Assembly (NCBI GenBank): GCA_965602015.1
Contig: OZ271918.1
Span: forward strand, 3,805,487 to 3,869,486
Direction: 5' to 3'
DNA: 64,000 bases
From: Salinispira sp.
GTDB taxonomy: Bacteria > Spirochaetota > Spirochaetia > DSM-27196 > Salinispiraceae
The notes beneath the pieces were generated by a model. The model ran no database searches. It saw only the letters and a list, made by a program, of their open reading frames with translations, and was not told where the DNA came from. Below, piece after piece: positions 59,942 through 64,000 of the stretch (within the stretch, counting starts at the first letter, position 1; each line of letters starts with the position of its first letter). Position numbers and translations under genes: made by a program.

Positions 59942-61658
59942 TTCGCTCCCTCACTCTCTGATATTCGCCTATTCTTTTCGAAAAAATCGTGCTGCTCATG
60001 TGTATCTGCCGCGTCAAACTTTCCGGCAGCAGCCTGTCACCTGTTATCTGTTCCAGCATTACCAAATACTCGTAATCTTCGAATCCTTCCCGAAGGAGTT
60101 TTAGTCGGAGAGAGGCAATTGGCAGGTGATCGTCCAGGCCTGGGATTCCCGGATGCCCTGGATAGAGGACCGTTCCATCCCCGTTGGTAAAAAAAGCGTA
60201 CTGGTTTTGCCACGGATCCCCTCCGACATAGCGGTATACCGAACTCCAGTACAGGAAGCCCGTAGCTCCGCGCCCATACATCAGCCAGGGAAGCGCCCGC
60301 TGATACGCCGCCGTACTATCGATAAACATATTCGGGTAATCCAACGCCTGGGCGGTTGTGCAGGTATATACCCACAGTTCATCTCCGCCTGCAGTTATCA
60401 CATCATATGACGCGGGGAGTGGGTTTGTGTGAAAATCCGGATGTATATTCGCACCTCGGGCGTACAGCGGCATAAACGGTATGGTGTCGCCCAATGCGAA
60501 AATATCCGGGGCCCAGATATCGATTTCAGGTTCCAAAAGCGCGTTGTAGGGTTCGGTCAGCAGTATTTTTATACCGGGAAAATACCGCCGATAGCGCTCG
60601 CTTCGGCTTTTAACCTGATCGTACATGGAGATTAACGGCTCATCGTAATTGTAGTGATACATTCGGTCGAACCAGGACCTGCCGTTGAAGAATTCTCCGG
60701 CATTTTGCGAAAACGACTGAATCCATTCTGGATCTTCAGGAATAGCAGAGGGTAGGCGAATGGCCAGGGAAGTTGCCGGCGGCACATCGTCAAAAAGGGT
60801 TCCGTCCAGAAGCGGACCCTGTATCCTGTTGAAAGACCGTTCATCGATGGAAGCGTTTTGCTCATCGATGATTAGTCCCTCGGGATCCGGGTAAAACGGA
60901 TACATTCTGTGAGTTCCGAGTATCCTGAGATACTCCAGCCATAGCTCGTCAGTCTCGAAACTGCCCTGCTCATATCTTCGGTGCCGACGAATGACCTTGT
61001 CGTAACCAAGATCAACCGTCGTCCTGAAACTCGGGATCCAGGGTAAGGAGAATCGGCGGAAAACCATCGTAGAGCTTATGGAATGCAGGGTTTCGGAGCC
61101 GTGTGTAATTGCCACGCTAAAATCAGCCGCGGTGCCCGATGCATTTTCTGACGGGTTGTAAAACTCAAGCAAAACCTGATAGTTGCCGGGTTGTACCAAC
61201 GGGCTGCTTTTTAGTTCCTTAACGGGCAAGACAAAGGCTACTCTGTGCTCTGTTTGCGCCTCACTGTGGTGTATCCGCCTGAGGGGAATGCAGGAGTCGG
61301 GCCATAAGCCTCTCACCCGCGATGAGTCAAACCAGCGGGATTTTTTATCAATATCGATGCTTCCCAGATAGTAAGCCTGAACTTCAACCATTGGCGGAAG
61401 ACCGACAATGGTGACCTCCACATCATCGGTCAAATCACCTGTCAGCACATAAAGAGCGGTTTCGTACTCATTTCCCGCGATTGAAATTTCTTGCGTAACA
61501 TCTGAACTGACGGGCAAATACTCACCGCGATATTTCTCAACCGGGTACACCAGCGTAAACCCCGAAGCCGTGTCTTTATGCACCGGAATGCTTGTACAGG
61601 CGGAAAGCAATGCAATTACACTTACGATTAGAAAAAATCTGGTGATGGTTCTCACCAT
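59913..61658 (-). CDS. Lipoprotein with DUF4091/GH123-like glycoside hydrolase domain
   Basis: LLSAC lipobox; YDEP, W.Y.C, GFLYW, GDGTVLYPG, SLRLKLLREGFEDYEYL. Confidence 0.75.
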   Translation of the reverse strand: MVRTITRFFLIVSVIALLSACTSIPVHKDTASGFTLVYPVEKYRGEYLPVSSDVTQEISIAGNEYETALYVLTGDLTDDVEVTIVGLPPMVEVQAYYLGSIDIDKKSRWFDSSRVRGLWPDSCIPLRRIHHSEAQTEHRVAFVLPVKELKSSPLVQPGNYQVLLEFYNPSENASGTAADFSVAITHGSETLHSISSTMVFRRFSLPWIPSFRTTVDLGYDKVIRRHRRYEQGSFETDELWLEYLRILGTHRMYPFYPDPEGLIIDEQNASIDERSFNRIQGPLLDGTLFDDVPPATSLAIRLPSAIPEDPEWIQSFSQNAGEFFNGRSWFDRMYHYNYDEPLISMYDQVKSRSERYRRYFPGIKILLTEPYNALLEPEIDIWAPDIFALGDTIPFMPLYARGANIHPDFHTNPLPASYDVITAGGDELWVYTCTTAQALDYPNMFIDSTAAYQRALPWLMYGRGATGFLYWSSVYRYVGGDPWQNQYAFFTNGDGTVLYPGHPGIPGLDDHLPIASLRLKLLREGFEDYEYLVMLEQITGDRLLPESLTRQIHMSSTIFSKRIGEYQRVRERIADEIEMRL

Positions 61659-61697
61659 ACCAGTATAGAAGTACTGATCAATAAATGTGAGTGGTTT

Positions 61698-63104
61698 CTA
61701 ACGGCAAAAACCCCGCCCAGTCACAATATTGGATTGCATTTTTTGAAACCATAAATCCAGCTGTGCGTTTTCCAGCTCGAAGAGCATCTGTCGAACTTCC
61801 TGACGTCGGTTTTGCACTTCCCACAGGCTGCTGGCACCTGATGAATACCGTTCCTCCTCTGCCATCGTCAACTGCTCCACTTGGTCTATACGGTCCTCCA
61901 ATATGCCTATCATATTCTCAGTCCTGCTTATTGTGTTACTATTCGCTTCTTCTTCAGCCATTTGCCGAATCCTTAATGCTGAAGCTTCAGATTCGAGTTG
62001 ACGAAGCTCCAGCAGGCATGTGCGTATTCCTGGATCCAATCCTCCCTGGTCAATTCCAAGTGATAGTGAAATCCTCACACTCACGGCATCTTCTACGTCC
62101 TCCCAGCGCAAGTCGCTCCAGCTTTCTTCGAAGCTGTAGCTGCCGAATAGAGATTCATAGTTGGGTCGGTAGCTGGCGCTTAACTCCAGAACCGGAGTTA
62201 TTCTTCTCCGCAAACTGAATAGCTTGCGTTCCGCAAGGCGCCGGCGGACTGTAATCATGTGCTGTCTAAGCTCAAACCAGCATACTGTACCGGTTCTTTC
62301 GTATGACGGGAAATCTATTGGTAATCCAGTTGAAACATGGGCTCCCATTGCACGGACATGGTACAGGGTTTGAGAAATATTCTCCCTGGCTTCCTGAATC
62401 TGAAGCTGTACCGAAGCAGCGCCATGCTGCTGAAGGAGCAATGCCGCGGTACTTACCATGCCGTTGCCATGCATTTCATGTATGGCTTCATTCGTCGACA
62501 TCTGGAAGCTGAGCCGGCTCTGTAGCTGCTGAAGGTGCAGCTGCTCTTGGAGAAGTTGAGTAAAGAGCTCAAGCGCTCTTAACTCCTGATTGATGGTGAA
62601 TAATTCCCTCTCGTATTCCTGGTATTGTAGTTCGAGCTCAGCGTCTCTGCTTGCAGATGTGAAGCTGCTGCGGCTGATGCCTGCAATGCTCAAACTGGCA
62701 CGAGCAGAGGGAGACTGGGTGTATTTCCATTCAGATTCATCACCAGACAGGGCGGAAAAACTGTTGCTGAGGGAAATGCCTGCGCTAACCGCCGTTCCAA
62801 GGGCCTGGCTGAGACTGAGGTTTAACCCCCCGGCGATATTTTCTTCATTCTCGATATTGCTGTGAGCCGAAATGGCAAATCCCGGGAGGTAGCTCTGTGA
62901 TATTTGCTCCCTGATGTGAGTTTCCCGATATCTGAAAATTTCCAGATTGCTCTGTACTTCTTCCGATTCCATCCAAAGTTCGAGAAAATCCTGCCAATTG
63001 AGCGGAACTTCATAAGCATGGAGCACGGCTCGAAAGCTGAAGAAAATCAACAAGGCTTGAATGAATAGTCTCCGGAGTTCATGGCTCACCGCGGGTTTAA
63101 TCAC
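61698..63104 (-). CDS. TolC-family outer-membrane efflux protein
   Basis: Two repeats of helical/barrel pattern (YLPGFAIS, GMVSTAALL, RYSSGASSLWEV); probable GTG start at 63104 overlapping the upstream TGA. Confidence 0.65.
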   Translation of the reverse strand: MIKPAVSHELRRLFIQALLIFFSFRAVLHAYEVPLNWQDFLELWMESEEVQSNLEIFRYRETHIREQISQSYLPGFAISAHSNIENEENIAGGLNLSLSQALGTAVSAGISLSNSFSALSGDESEWKYTQSPSARASLSIAGISRSSFTSASRDAELELQYQEYERELFTINQELRALELFTQLLQEQLHLQQLQSRLSFQMSTNEAIHEMHGNGMVSTAALLLQQHGAASVQLQIQEARENISQTLYHVRAMGAHVSTGLPIDFPSYERTGTVCWFELRQHMITVRRRLAERKLFSLRRRITPVLELSASYRPNYESLFGSYSFEESWSDLRWEDVEDAVSVRISLSLGIDQGGLDPGIRTCLLELRQLESEASALRIRQMAEEEANSNTISRTENMIGILEDRIDQVEQLTMAEEERYSSGASSLWEVQNRRQEVRQMLFELENAQLDLWFQKMQSNIVTGRGFCR

Positions 63105-64000
63105 GTGAAGAACTCTCTGAACAGATATCGGATAATGGTAATCCGCCCAAGTTTTACCTGGGCAGTACCTGAAAGTCCGGGGCGAAGGGTATTTCCATAG
63201 CTTCCGGTGTTTACCAATACTCCTTCGTAAATCCAACCCGACTCGCCGTTGCGGGGGTTTGGACGGGCATCCGCCGGAAGGTGGGTAATTTTTCCGCTGA
63301 GAATTTCCTGGGTGGAAAGCATCAGCTCGGGAAAGCGAATGGTGAAATCCTGTCCGGCTTTGATTTCAAGCAGACGTTCCTGATTGATAATTAGCTTTAC
63401 CCGCAAAATGCCCGTCCCCGCAGGAATGATTCGGCAGAGCTCTTCACCGGCGCGAATTGAATCGCCTGAATTTATTTCAAGGACCTCAATGGCCTGGCCT
63501 TCGATAGCTGAACGTACAAGCCCAAGGTTTCTCCGCACTGCAATATCGTCCAACTCGGATTTAATGGTGATGAGCTGTTGTTGGATGGCCAGGAGTTCGG
63601 CCTGACACGCGGCTTTTCCGCTGCTGAGGATGGCAGTTCGCTCGGCTTCTTTTTGAGCTATCTGAAATTCCAGCGCTTCGCACTCCGCCGTTATATAATA
63701 AAGGAGGGGTAAGCCTTGTTTGCGTTCCAGTTCCTGCTGTAACGCGCTCAGCGAAGCATCCTGAGATCGCAACTGTGAAAAGAGCTGCTCTGCGAAGCCG
63801 GAGATTGCTTCCAACATGCCAATCATGGCGGAATTTTCCCCTTCGAGGGCCAGTAACAGCGTTGTATACTCATCCTCTAAATCTAAAAGCCTGATGCGCT
63901 CTGACTGAAGACTGGAGAGCCGCTGTTGGTCAGCAGGCAATCTTATGGTACATAAAATAGCACCGGCTCGAACGACGGTCCCTTCGTTAACTACTATGGA
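63101..64000 (-). CDS. HlyD-family periplasmic adaptor (5' end outside window)
   Basis: Frame open to the window edge: VNEGTVVRAGAIL, coiled coil, VRSAIEG...GDSIRAGEEL, LRPGLSG. Confidence 0.85.
   Translation of the reverse strand, partial: SIVVNEGTVVRAGAILCTIRLPADQQRLSSLQSERIRLLDLEDEYTTLLLALEGENSAMIGMLEAISGFAEQLFSQLRSQDASLSALQQELERKQGLPLLYYITAECEALEFQIAQKEAERTAILSSGKAACQAELLAIQQQLITIKSELDDIAVRRNLGLVRSAIEGQAIEVLEINSGDSIRAGEELCRIIPAGTGILRVKLIINQERLLEIKAGQDFTIRFPELMLSTQEILSGKITHLPADARPNPRNGESGWIYEGVLVNTGSYGNTLRPGLSGTAQVKLGRITIIRYLFREFFT

Overview
Bacterial surface-polysaccharide super-cluster, about 56 kb of the window. The lipoprotein/OMP context and gene families suggest a spirochaete-like Gram-negative host (inference only). 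Block 1 (2572-15791): gmd-fcl, wzm-wzt with a C-terminal carbohydrate-binding domain, a sulfotransferase-like protein, a pyruvyl transferase and several glycosyltransferases. Block 2 (16140-37374): MarR-type regulator, Wzx/Wzy/Wzz genes, nitroreductase, an ATPase-less FtsX/LolA-like/OMP module with ugd inside it, a GlfT2-like GT and a second wzm-wzt. Blocks 1 and 2 are preceded by the same ~176-bp leader (extended -10, 23-bp palindrome, conserved RNA stems). An AT-rich island (about 37.4-51.85 kb) carries aldolase, PfkB kinase, methyltransferase-coiled coil, GT2-TagF fusion, cytidylyltransferase, rmlBA and fdtABC-type genes. It is followed by a triple-nested insertion: IS21 inside a three-gene TGT...ACA element inside IS256, each with its own target-site duplication. 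The right end holds GT2, OMP, DUF4091-type lipoprotein, TolC and HlyD genes. No rRNA, tRNA or CRISPR array was seen. All product calls come from motif recognition by eye, without database searches.
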